Below, piece by piece: positions 53,398 to 62,951 of a DNA stretch of 64,000 nt. Every line of letters begins with the position of its first letter. Within the stretch, counting starts at the first letter, position 1. The notes under the pieces are model-generated. The model did no database searches and was not told the origin of the DNA. It saw nothing but the letters and a program-made list of their open reading frames with translations. Origin of the DNA: Gammaproteobacteria bacterium (GTDB lineage: Bacteria > Pseudomonadota > Gammaproteobacteria > Tenderiales > Tenderiaceae). The position numbers and the translations under genes were made by a program. The stretch spans positions 4,499 to 68,498 of the forward strand of contig JAJRUN010000052.1 of NCBI GenBank assembly GCA_024277755.1, in the 5' to 3' direction.

Positions 53398-53901
53398 ATG
53401 AATTTATTTCGCACCCTTGGCATTACATTGTTATCCCTGACGCTTGGACTGGCAGCACTGCCCAGTCAGGCCGAAGACAAAATGCCCGCCCCGGACTTCA
53501 CCCTGAAAAGCCATAGCGGCAAAAACATCAAACTCAGTGAATTACGCGGTGATGTGGTGATGATCAATTTTTGGGCCTCGTGGTGTGGCCCCTGCTTGCT
53601 GGAAATGCCTGCCCTGGAACAAATTCATCAACGCTACAAAGACCTTGGTTTTACCCTGTTAGGCGTTAATGTTGAGCAAGATATCAGCGAGGCAAAGGCC
53701 TATTTGAAAAAGGTCAATGTCAGCTTTCCGATTTTGTTTGATATCACCAATCAGGTCAGCGACGAATATGAAATCAGTGGTATGCCGACCACCTACCTGG
53801 TTGACCGTGACGGTAATCTGCGAAAACTTTACATTGGCTACCAACCCGGTACCTCAGAAGAGGTTTACATGCGAGAAATCAAAACCTTGCTAAAAGAATA
53901 A
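53398..53901 (+). CDS. periplasmic TlpA/ResA/DsbE-like thiol:disulfide oxidoreductase (redoxin)
   Basis: 167 aa; signal peptide; WASWCGPC active site; redoxin-fold layout. Confidence 0.8.
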   Translation: MNLFRTLGITLLSLTLGLAALPSQAEDKMPAPDFTLKSHSGKNIKLSELRGDVVMINFWASWCGPCLLEMPALEQIHQRYKDLGFTLLGVNVEQDISEAKAYLKKVNVSFPILFDITNQVSDEYEISGMPTTYLVDRDGNLRKLYIGYQPGTSEEVYMREIKTLLKE

Positions 53902-53902
53902 A

Positions 53903-54121
53903 ATGGCCAGAACCATCGCCACAACCTGCCTATTGCTAGTGCTTGGTGGCTGCTCAATTCAGCCCTGGGTCAAGCCTTATGAACGGGCCAGGTTAGCCGA
54001 CCCCATCATGAGTTTTAATCGTGACCCTATTTCATCAAGTTATATCAATCATGTCTATCAAGCACGTGAAGGTGCCCGCGGTGCAGAAAACGGACAAGGT
54101 GGTGGCTGTGGCTGTAATTAG
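53903..54121 (+). CDS. DUF4266-family small lipoprotein
   Basis: 72 aa; lipobox LVLGGC; P-W-x-(K/R)-P-x-E-R motif; diagnostic C-terminus GQGGGCGCN. Confidence 0.7.
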   Translation: MARTIATTCLLLVLGGCSIQPWVKPYERARLADPIMSFNRDPISSSYINHVYQAREGARGAENGQGGGCGCN

Positions 54122-55277
54122 AATCAACAACAAACATCTCAGTAAAATTGTTGCCGCTACCATCGCACTTGGCATCACCTTTCCATTGATGGCCGCTATT
54201 CTGCCCGCTGATCGTTTCGATGCCCTGGTGCACTCCTATAATGGCGGCGGCATGGAGATTAATGGCCCCTCACTATTGATTCGCAAAATGCTTGGCACCA
54301 GCACCTCGGTGTCGGCCAATTATTATATCGACTCCATCAGCAGCGCATCGATTGATGTCATCACCTCCGCCAGCCCCTATAAAGAAGAACGCAAGGAGCA
54401 CTCGGTCGGTATCGAATATTTGCATGATAAAAGCATCATGAGCTTTAACTACAGCAACAGTAAAGAAAATGACTACCAGGCAAAAACCTACAGCGTAAGC
54501 ATATCGCAGGATTTTTTTGGCGACCTGACCACCCTGTCCATGGGTTATGCCCGTGGCGATGACATAGTGCAACGCATCGTCAACACCCCCACGGGAAAAA
54601 CCCTTGACCTGAACTTTGGCAGCAAAAATACAGACCGGCAAAACTTCCGTCTCGGACTGTCACAAATACTCAGCAAACAAATGATACTGGGGCTGAACTA
54701 CGAGTTAATCACCGACAAGGGTTTTCTCAACAACCCCTATCGTCAGGTTCGTTTTGCCGATGGCAGTAAGGCCTTTGAAATCTATCCCAACACTCGCTCA
54801 AGCAATGCAGTATCAGCACAACTTAAATACTACCTCCCCTACCGCGCCGCACTCACGGGCGAGTTAGGGGTTTTTAATGATACTTGGTCCATTAACGCCA
54901 GCCACCTGAAATTAGCCTACAGTCACCCCCTTAAAAACGATTGGCTCATCGACCTGCGCTATCGTTATTATGACCAAAGTCGTGCCAGCTTTTACAGCGA
55001 CCTCTTTAGCGCGCCAGGGGCACAAACCTATATGGCACGAGATAAAGAACTCAGCAGTTTCAACAATCAAACCATTGGCTTTAGTGTCAGTTATGATCTG
55101 TCTCAACATGGCTGGAAACGGGTAGACAAAGGCAGCATCAACCTTGCCTTTGATCACATGATATTTGATTATCAGGACTTCAGGGATGCCTCGGTCGAGG
55201 GTGGCGAGATTGGCGCAGAACCGCTCTACAGCTTTTCCAGCAACGTGATACAGATGTACCTATCCATCTGGTATTGA
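54104..55277 (+). CDS. DUF3570-family protein (predicted outer-membrane beta-barrel), partner of DUF4266
   Basis: About 390 aa. Probable GTG start overlapping the DUF4266 stop gives a signal peptide (...KHLSKIVAATIALGITFPLMAA); ORF track shows the longer 54021 start. Beta-strand-rich; C-terminal aromatic residues. Confidence 0.55.
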
Positions 55278-55380
55278 GTTTTCCTGCCTGGCTGGCGGCA
55301 ACCTGAAGAATTAATACCTTACAATTAACCCATGATCTTCACTGTTAAATAAATTCCAGCCTCAGCCGTTAACGGTTAAC

Positions 55381-56181
55381 ATGAATTCAATATCGATCAA
55401 TGAACTTTCAATTTTGATTGTCGAACCGTCAATGACGTCGACACGATTCATTGTAAATCAGCTGAAAAACCTTGATGTTAGAAATATCGAAAGCTGCCGC
55501 AACGGCGCCGAGGCCCTGGCCAGCATGCGCAGAAGTCCGCCTGATCTGGTGGCAAGTTCAATGTATCTGCCAGACATGACCGCAACCGAGCTGATTAAAA
55601 CCATGCGCACTGACCCTGAGTTGGAAGAGGTCTCATTCATGCTCATTTCCACTGAAACCTCCTTCGCCAGACTGGACCCTATTCGTCAGGCTGGCATTGT
55701 TGCCATTTTACCCAAACCCTTTACCAGTGATGACATGCGCAGGGCGCTGGTAGGCACCACAAGGTTTATAGACACAGACAGGGCTGAAATTGAAGAGATG
55801 GGCTTGGATGAATTAAAGGTTCTGGTGGTTGATGACAGTGCCATGGCCCGCAAGCACATAGGTCGTGTACTAAGAAATCTGGGGATTGAAAACATCACCG
55901 AGGCAGAAAATGGCCGTGAGGCTGTCGCCATCCTTGAAAGAAGTTTTTTCGACATGGTCTTCACCGATTACAATATGCCGGAAATGGATGGCGAAGAACT
56001 GACCCGTCATATCCGTGAAAACAGCATGCAACGCAGTGTTCCAGTGTTGATGGTCACGAGTGAAGAAAATGGCAGCCGCTTGGCGGCGGTGCAACAGGCT
56101 GGTGTCTCTGGCATCTGCGACAAACCCTTTGAAACAGACACCGTTTTGAAAATGATTCAGGACATTCGCGCAACGGCATAA
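55381..56181 (+). CDS. response regulator with two receiver domains (N-terminal degenerate pseudo-receiver + canonical REC), no output domain
   Basis: REC2: KVLVVDDSAMAR...MVFTDYNMPEMDG...K. REC1 has ILIVEPS instead of the DD pocket and Ser at the phospho-Asp position (DLVASSMYLPDM). Confidence 0.8.
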   Translation: MNSISINELSILIVEPSMTSTRFIVNQLKNLDVRNIESCRNGAEALASMRRSPPDLVASSMYLPDMTATELIKTMRTDPELEEVSFMLISTETSFARLDPIRQAGIVAILPKPFTSDDMRRALVGTTRFIDTDRAEIEEMGLDELKVLVVDDSAMARKHIGRVLRNLGIENITEAENGREAVAILERSFFDMVFTDYNMPEMDGEELTRHIRENSMQRSVPVLMVTSEENGSRLAAVQQAGVSGICDKPFETDTVLKMIQDIRATA

Positions 56182-56199
56182 GTTGTCATGACCCACACA

Positions 56200-56241
56200 T
56201 AAAAAGGCCGGGCAACTCAGTGTTGGCCGGCCTTTTATTTT
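56200..56241. terminator. bidirectional rho-independent terminator between the response regulator and catalase genes
   Basis: AAAAAGGCCGGGCAACTCAGTGTTGGCCGGCCTTTTATTTT: GC-rich stem flanked by A-tract and T-tract. Confidence 0.6.
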
Positions 56242-56253
56242 CCAGCTTATGGA

Positions 56254-57717
56254 TTAGGCAATCTTAGACATCACCTGCTTTACCCGCTCGGCATAGTCTG
56301 CATCAGCTTGGGCAAACTGTGCCAGCATCCTTTCCTGGGCAGACGCCGATGCATGTACCAGACCACCAGCAATCGTGTCTGCCAGCGCATCCTTTTGCCC
56401 ATCACTCATCAAACGGTACAGATCACCAGCCTGACTGTAGTGATCATACTCAGCCGTGTCATGGGGTTTGATCCAGGCATCAGCTTCCACTGGCATGGGC
56501 GGCGCTCCTACTTGCGGTGCTGGTACCGCTGCGCCCTGGTCAGCGCGATCATTGGGATAGAAATTCACCCCACTGCCCTGGTTATTGCCACCACCATGAG
56601 CAGGACACATACCCGCCATTGCGCCGTCACGCTGATAATGATTCACCGGACACTTGGGCGCATTAACCGGAATCTGATTAGCGTTGGCACCAATACGATG
56701 ACGATGGGCATCCTGATAGGCCAGCAAACGCGCTTGCAACATACGATCAGGTGAAGCACCAATCCCCGGCACCAGATTACTTGGGGCAAAGGCGGCCTGC
56801 TCGGTCTCGGCAAAATAGTTGTCAACATTGCGATTCAACTCCATCTGGCCAATTTCAATCAACGGGAAATCACTGTGTGACCAGACCTTGGTCAGATCAA
56901 ACGGGTTGATGCGATAGCTCTTTGCTTCAGCCTCCGTCATAATCTGCACCTTCACCGCCCAGCTGGGGTAGTCGCCCTTATCAATGGCTTCGATCAAATC
57001 CTGCTGCGCACCGAAAGATGGCAAACTCGCCGCCTCGGCATCGCTGACATTCTTGATGCCCTGGTTGGTCTTCAGGTGCCACTTAACCCAAAAACGCTCA
57101 CCCTTGTCATTCCAAAAGCTCAGTGTGTGCGAGCTAAAGCCATGCATGTGGCGGTAAGAAGCCGGAATCCCCCGATCCGACATCAGGATGGTCATCTGAT
57201 GCAGTGAGTTTGGATGGTTGGCCCAAAACTCAAACATGGCGGCAGGATTGGGCAGATTGGTACGCGGGTCTTTCTTCTGCGAATGAACAAAATCAGGGAA
57301 GTTGATCGGGTCATTCAAAAAGAACACCGGCGTGTTGTTGCCCACCAGATCAAAATTGCCCTGCCCGGTATAAAACTTGATGGCAAAACCACGTGGGTCA
57401 CGGGCATAGTCGCTGGAATCCTGACCACCGCCGACAGTGGAAAAACGCACAAACACATCGGTCTGCTGGCCTTCCGTTTGCAGGAACCTGGCAATGGTGT
57501 GTTCGCTCATGTCTTTGCTTGCAGTAAAGGTACCGTACGCACCCGTGCCACGGGCATGCACTACACGCTCTGGAAGCCGCTCACGATTAAAATGAGCCAG
57601 CTTTTCAAACAAATAATGATTATCAAAGGTCAACGGCCCCCGTTCACCCACACTGATACTGTTGTTGTCTTCTGATACCGGGGCACCGCTTGAAGTCGTC
57701 AAGGTAGTCTTGCTCAT
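56254..57717 (-). CDS. katA: monofunctional heme catalase (small-subunit, clade 3)
   Basis: 487 aa; RERIPERVVHARG, FDRERIPERVVHA-like motifs (FNRERLPERVVHARGTGAYG), distal His and proximal Tyr regions. Confidence 0.95.
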   Translation of the reverse strand: MSKTTLTTSSGAPVSEDNNSISVGERGPLTFDNHYLFEKLAHFNRERLPERVVHARGTGAYGTFTASKDMSEHTIARFLQTEGQQTDVFVRFSTVGGGQDSSDYARDPRGFAIKFYTGQGNFDLVGNNTPVFFLNDPINFPDFVHSQKKDPRTNLPNPAAMFEFWANHPNSLHQMTILMSDRGIPASYRHMHGFSSHTLSFWNDKGERFWVKWHLKTNQGIKNVSDAEAASLPSFGAQQDLIEAIDKGDYPSWAVKVQIMTEAEAKSYRINPFDLTKVWSHSDFPLIEIGQMELNRNVDNYFAETEQAAFAPSNLVPGIGASPDRMLQARLLAYQDAHRHRIGANANQIPVNAPKCPVNHYQRDGAMAGMCPAHGGGNNQGSGVNFYPNDRADQGAAVPAPQVGAPPMPVEADAWIKPHDTAEYDHYSQAGDLYRLMSDGQKDALADTIAGGLVHASASAQERMLAQFAQADADYAERVKQVMSKIA

Positions 57718-57960
57718 CGTGTTGCTCCTTTATGGTGAAATAAAATTTAATCTTGTTTCTTGAAGTTTAGAATAGATGAAATACAAAATAATATGAAATT
57801 TATTATTTACAAATTAATAATTGATTTTTTCGATTTATGTGCAGCGTGTAGAAAATATAATCATTAGCCGCATCATGTTGCATCTGAAACCACAGGCTGC
57901 CAGATCTGTTAAATTGGACGTTGAACCTGGAAAAATCATTGATAGATGAGAGTCATGTAA

Positions 57961-58353
57961 ATGAAAACAATTCGGATATTTTTTTTAATCACCGTCGCCC
58001 TGTTTGCAAACACTGTCCATAGCCAGTCCGAGCCTGTTGAATCAGAGCAGATAACCCAGTTAATCATCACCCTGGCAAAACTTAGCGACATGGCTGAGGC
58101 CTGTGGTGAACACATGAACTATTTCGGTAAAAAGGCATTAGACGGTGCCGTCTGCAAGGAATTCAAACAAGCGTTTTTTGACCACTGGAGCAGTCGAAAG
58201 GCATTGGAACGTGAAGTCATTGATCATGCCGACCGACTTGAATCAGGCCAGCTGATATGTGAGCGCTGTGCACTTATGCTGGAACGTATCGACGAGTTAC
58301 GAGTCACGGTTACCTACCATCTTGATTACATGGACTTTATCGCTGAATTTTAA
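57961..58353 (+). CDS. hypothetical secreted Cys-containing protein (130 aa)
   Basis: Signal peptide; six Cys; no family recognised. Confidence 0.4.
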   Translation: MKTIRIFFLITVALFANTVHSQSEPVESEQITQLIITLAKLSDMAEACGEHMNYFGKKALDGAVCKEFKQAFFDHWSSRKALEREVIDHADRLESGQLICERCALMLERIDELRVTVTYHLDYMDFIAEF

Positions 58354-58355
58354 GA

Positions 58356-61300
58356 CTAAGATTGCTCAGACCGCAGTAAACCTTGAACAATATTCCTGGC
58401 CACATCAATATCGAAATTATTTAGCGCACGTTCTAAATCTTTTAGAGGCACAACATATTCACTGCCAGCAGCACACTGCTGTAAAGTCACCAGCTGTTTC
58501 TGCGCTGCGCCCAAGTCACTATCCAGAGATTGCAGCAGCTCATTCAGCAACTCAGGCACACTGGCGAGATCATGCCCGGCCGATGAGACCGACGACTCCA
58601 GCTCTTGTGTCTCCAGTGCGGCAAGGGCATCAATTACCTGTGTCAGGCTTTTGCGAAGAGTTTCAAATTCCGTCTTCACCGCGTCTGCGTCAGCCTGACG
58701 ACAAGCCTGCTCCATGGCGGCAGCCCTTTCATACAACTGCTTTGCCCCAAGGTTGCCGCCACTGCCCTTTAAGGTATGGGCCAGACGTTCGGCTTCGCGC
58801 CAGGCCTCCTGTTGAATCAACTGTTCAAATCGTGTTGCTGTCTCTGTGTGCCTGTCACGAAAATTGAGCAGAATACGCTTATAGGCCACCCCGTTACCGT
58901 TCAGACGTTGCAGGCCATCGGCGATATCGATGCCTGCCAGACTCTCAGGCATCGCCTCTGTCATCACGTCCTGTGTTTGTGTTGTTTCTGGTTTTTTGCC
59001 TGCTTGAACCCAGTCAGACAACTCTCTGAACAGCACACCTGGATCAATCGGTTTTGTCACATGGCCATTCATACCCGCCGCACGACTCTTTTCAGCATCA
59101 CCACTCAAGGCATGGGCAGTCATGGCAATGATAGGCAGTTTTTTGAAACGACTACCAAGGCTGCGAATTTTATCCGTGGCCAGAAAACCATCCATGACCG
59201 GCATTTGGATGTCCATCAAAACAACGTCGTAGTCATTTTCCTGCACTGCCTGCACTGCCTTTTCACCGTTGTCGCGGATGTCGACATCAAAACCCGCCGC
59301 GCTGAGTATCTCCTTCGCCACCTCCTGGTTGATGTCATTATCATCCACCAGCAGCAGTTTACGGCCGCCAAACCATCGCGCCTGACTACTATCATCAGCA
59401 TGATGTTCACCTGCATCACGGCTTCGCTCGCCCAGCATTTGCAACAGAACATTAAACAGCTCAGTGTGCCGAACTGGCTTGGTCATCCAGGCATCCAGAT
59501 CCGCCGCTGGAGCCATTTGCTGGTTGCCGGTGAGCATCATCAATTTCATACCACGCAAGCTGTTATCGCTGCGTATGGCACGTGCCAGTGCCAGGCCATC
59601 CATGTCTGGCATCATTAAATCAAGTATGGCAATGTCATATGGCTCGCCGCCCTTAGCCGCTGCTAGCAATTGCGCCAACGCCTCTTTGCCATTCGAGGAA
59701 AACCAAGTATGTGAAACCTGCCACAGCGTCAGGGTTCTCTTCATTAATATCCGCAGTGTTTCGTTATCATCAACCACCAGAATACGCTGCCGTGTCAACA
59801 GGTCAGAGACATGTTTCGTCGGTTTTCTATCAGTCACAATTTCAAGTGAAAGGTCAAAATTAAAGTCCGATCCCAAACCAGGTGAACTCGCCACACGAAT
59901 TTTGCCACCCATGGCCATGATCAACTTCTGGCTGATGGCCAGCCCCAGGCCAGTGCCACCATATTTTCGAGTATGAGAGCTATCCACCTGACTAAAGGCC
60001 TTGAACAAGTATTGCTGTTGCTCATACGTCATGCCAATACCACTATCCCTGACGCCAAACCGGACCAGGCCACTCTCAAGCCTTGCGGCATAGACCACAA
60101 TATCGCCTTGCTCCGTGAATTTAATGGCATTATTGATCAGGTTGGTCAACACCTGACGCAGACGGGTAGGATCTCCGTTGAGTGTTCGTGGCAAATCGGG
60201 ATCAACCGAACTAATCAGCTCTACCCCCTTCGCTTGCGCCCCATGAGCAAGCAGGGTTGCCGTATGTTCAAGCATGCTTTCCAGATCAAACGGGATAGAC
60301 TCTAAATCAAGTTTTTCTGCCTCCAGTTTGGAAAAATCAAGCACATCATTGATGACAGTCAACAGCATTTCACCGGAGTGTACCGCGGTCTCAGCAAAAC
60401 GTCGTTGCTTGTCATCCAGCCCACTCTTGCCTAACAAATGCAGCATGCCCAACACACCGTTCATAGGTGTACGCAACTCGTGACTCATAGTGGCTAGAAA
60501 CTGGCTTTTGGCCGTTGTCGCGGATTCTGCGGTCACCACCGCCTGTTTCAGTTGCCCTTGAATTTTCTTGTGCTCGCTAATGTCACGATAGCTCCATAAA
60601 TTTCTGCGATGCGTCTGACCTTGTTCATCCTCGAAAAAAACAGGCACATAATCCTGTTCATAGACACGGCCATCATTCAGTCGCAACTCTCTGCCGGCAA
60701 CAACAGACACACCATTCAAACACTCCTGACGCAACGACATAAACGCCTCGGGCTGACTAATCAGAGCCTGGTTCATTTTAAATTCAGTTTCGCAATCCTC
60801 GCCTTCGATCATCAACGGCATTTGATGCTTGTCAAACATATCGCAATAGGTTTGATTCAATACACTGACCTTGCCTGCGTCATCCTCCACCAGCAGCCCT
60901 GCGCGCAGATTCTCGATCAAACCTGTCATGAAACTGTTGTTGCTTTTCAATTCCGAAGCGATGTTGCGTTGCTCATCTTCCTTGTTAATGGCGTTGAAAA
61001 TCTGAGCGCAGGTGCCCAGAATCGGAGTTAACAATTCGACCACCGACTCATCATAGCCACCCTGACGATTGGCCAGCCCTACCATCCCCAGCAACCGTGT
61101 TCCGAGATATATAGGAATCCCGAGAAAACTGTTCAGTGGCGGATGGCCACCAGGCACACCTGAACTACGAGAATCATGTGCCGGGTCATTACTGATCACT
61201 GCCTCACCACTATGAATCACATGGCCAAACAAATTATTCAGATTATGAAACTCCAGGCCGTCGGCCACATTTTCCTCAAAAAATGCACGGCTGGCATCAT

Positions 61301-62924
61301 CCCAGGTGATATTGGTCTGGGCAAAGAGCTTTAAATACGGATTACCAGAATCATCCAGTCGCTTTTCTGCAATAAAACCAAATTCACTATCAGCCAAATC
61401 AAGAATGTTCGGCAACATCCCTTTAAAAAATTTTAGCGGATCAACGCCCGCTATATAACTTGATTGAGCATGACTGATGGTTTCAATCAGATGACGCTGC
61501 CTCGCCATCTGCGCTTCATCCTGTTTGCGTCTTGTGACATCACGCATCACCGCAGTAAAAAGGCGCTCCCCTCTTACCTCAGTCGAGCTCACCGTCAGCT
61601 CGATAGGAAAAACATGACCATCCTTGTGCCGGCCATATATCTCTCGCCCTATGCCGATAATCCGTGTATCGCCACTCTTACTAAAATGTCTGAGATAACC
61701 TTCATGTTTGGCCCGAGATGATTCCGGCACAAGGGTGTTAACATTCTGACCAATAATCTTTTCAGCACGGTAACCAAAAATCTGTTCTGCACTCGGATTG
61801 AATGTCCTGATCAGCCCCGCCTCATCAATCACCACAAGGCCATCCTCCACTGTTTTAAAAATACTGCTAAGGCGGCTCTCACTATCCTCCACTCGCATCA
61901 ATGAACGGGATAACCTAGCGAATATGATAGCTGCCAGAATAAAAATCAGCACTAGCACCGTGGCCGACAGAAACAAATCACGTTCAATTTGTTTTTTACG
62001 TTCCAGCAATGCTTCGTCTATTTGAAAAACAACATCGTCATAAAGCTGAAATATAGTGGCTACCGCATCACTGCCCACATCAAACAGTTGTCTGACTGAT
62101 TCTGCTTCGTGATTTTCAGTCAATTGATATGCAGTCACAAATACCTGGAACTTATCGATCATTTTTACAAGCGTATTGAAGGGCAACTCAAGTATATTTG
62201 CGCGCTGCGGATTTAGTTCACCCACTTTTTCAATCGCTTGCAGCAGCTTTACATTATTGCGTTTGACCTGGTCCATCAAAATTGCCAGCTCGACCCCTAT
62301 TTTTTCATCAGCCCGACTGATTTCAGTAGCGGCACTACTACGCCCACGAAGCTTGCCAAGCTCATCACTCAGCATTGGTAAATGGATAACCGCTATATCC
62401 ACCAATGAATGCACCCTCATGTTGGAGTCATATATCAGATTCGACTTTTCAGCAACAAGACGGAACAAGCTGATAACCTTGGCAATCAGGTGTGAATGTC
62501 TGGCAAACAGATCTTCCGGAGACAAGCTAAAGGTTTGCCCTTTGAGTCGCTGCCATTGCTCGCTGATGGTATCGACCTGTGCTCGAACCCCAAGCGCATC
62601 AACCTGTGAAAGCTGAGAAAGACTGCTATCCACCGCATCACCCGTTTCAATACAAGGGCCATAAAAACTGGACTTATTATCTTGCCTATAAACCGTGCAC
62701 AGCCCTCGATGCAGAGCCATTTTTTCCAGCAGGGGGCGCATCGAGTTAATCAATTCAACGCCTTGGCGTTCCTGTTCAATAATACGAAGCTCTTTGAAGT
62801 TGTCTGACAACAACAAGCTGCCCATAACCAGGATCATAAACAGGAAGGTGCCAAAAATGATGCTTAATTTTAATTGGCTACCTGGTCCGGGTAGAGAGTG
62901 TTTTTCACTCATCGGAGTTTTCAT
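58356..62924 (-). CDS. hybrid sensor histidine kinase/response regulator (periplasmic helical sensor-HAMP-PAS-GAF-PAS-HisKA-HATPase-REC-REC-HPt)
   Basis: 1522 aa; two TM helices flank an about 280-aa periplasmic all-helical domain (NIT-like). HisKA H-box [12 protein letters not shown]; HATPase G-boxes; REC1 [11 protein letters not shown]...DLMMPDMDG; REC2 [11 protein letters not shown]...DIQMPVMDG; HPt [12 protein letters not shown]. Confidence 0.9.
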   Translation of the reverse strand: MKTPMSEKHSLPGPGSQLKLSIIFGTFLFMILVMGSLLLSDNFKELRIIEQERQGVELINSMRPLLEKMALHRGLCTVYRQDNKSSFYGPCIETGDAVDSSLSQLSQVDALGVRAQVDTISEQWQRLKGQTFSLSPEDLFARHSHLIAKVISLFRLVAEKSNLIYDSNMRVHSLVDIAVIHLPMLSDELGKLRGRSSAATEISRADEKIGVELAILMDQVKRNNVKLLQAIEKVGELNPQRANILELPFNTLVKMIDKFQVFVTAYQLTENHEAESVRQLFDVGSDAVATIFQLYDDVVFQIDEALLERKKQIERDLFLSATVLVLIFILAAIIFARLSRSLMRVEDSESRLSSIFKTVEDGLVVIDEAGLIRTFNPSAEQIFGYRAEKIIGQNVNTLVPESSRAKHEGYLRHFSKSGDTRIIGIGREIYGRHKDGHVFPIELTVSSTEVRGERLFTAVMRDVTRRKQDEAQMARQRHLIETISHAQSSYIAGVDPLKFFKGMLPNILDLADSEFGFIAEKRLDDSGNPYLKLFAQTNITWDDASRAFFEENVADGLEFHNLNNLFGHVIHSGEAVISNDPAHDSRSSGVPGGHPPLNSFLGIPIYLGTRLLGMVGLANRQGGYDESVVELLTPILGTCAQIFNAINKEDEQRNIASELKSNNSFMTGLIENLRAGLLVEDDAGKVSVLNQTYCDMFDKHQMPLMIEGEDCETEFKMNQALISQPEAFMSLRQECLNGVSVVAGRELRLNDGRVYEQDYVPVFFEDEQGQTHRRNLWSYRDISEHKKIQGQLKQAVVTAESATTAKSQFLATMSHELRTPMNGVLGMLHLLGKSGLDDKQRRFAETAVHSGEMLLTVINDVLDFSKLEAEKLDLESIPFDLESMLEHTATLLAHGAQAKGVELISSVDPDLPRTLNGDPTRLRQVLTNLINNAIKFTEQGDIVVYAARLESGLVRFGVRDSGIGMTYEQQQYLFKAFSQVDSSHTRKYGGTGLGLAISQKLIMAMGGKIRVASSPGLGSDFNFDLSLEIVTDRKPTKHVSDLLTRQRILVVDDNETLRILMKRTLTLWQVSHTWFSSNGKEALAQLLAAAKGGEPYDIAILDLMMPDMDGLALARAIRSDNSLRGMKLMMLTGNQQMAPAADLDAWMTKPVRHTELFNVLLQMLGERSRDAGEHHADDSSQARWFGGRKLLLVDDNDINQEVAKEILSAAGFDVDIRDNGEKAVQAVQENDYDVVLMDIQMPVMDGFLATDKIRSLGSRFKKLPIIAMTAHALSGDAEKSRAAGMNGHVTKPIDPGVLFRELSDWVQAGKKPETTQTQDVMTEAMPESLAGIDIADGLQRLNGNGVAYKRILLNFRDRHTETATRFEQLIQQEAWREAERLAHTLKGSGGNLGAKQLYERAAAMEQACRQADADAVKTEFETLRKSLTQVIDALAALETQELESSVSSAGHDLASVPELLNELLQSLDSDLGAAQKQLVTLQQCAAGSEYVVPLKDLERALNNFDIDVARNIVQGLLRSEQS

Positions 62925-62951
62925 TTGAAGGCGTCACTAAACCTGTGTGTA

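Noticed and set aside
54021-54110. Long ORF-track start (MTLFHQVISIM...) for the DUF3570 gene, overlapping 100 nt of the DUF4266 gene in another frame
   Set aside because: The overlapping part has no signal peptide and runs through the conserved DUF4266 coding region. A GTG start near 54104 yields a proper signal peptide (KHLSKIVAATIALGITFPLMAA) and a 4-17-nt coupled overlap instead.
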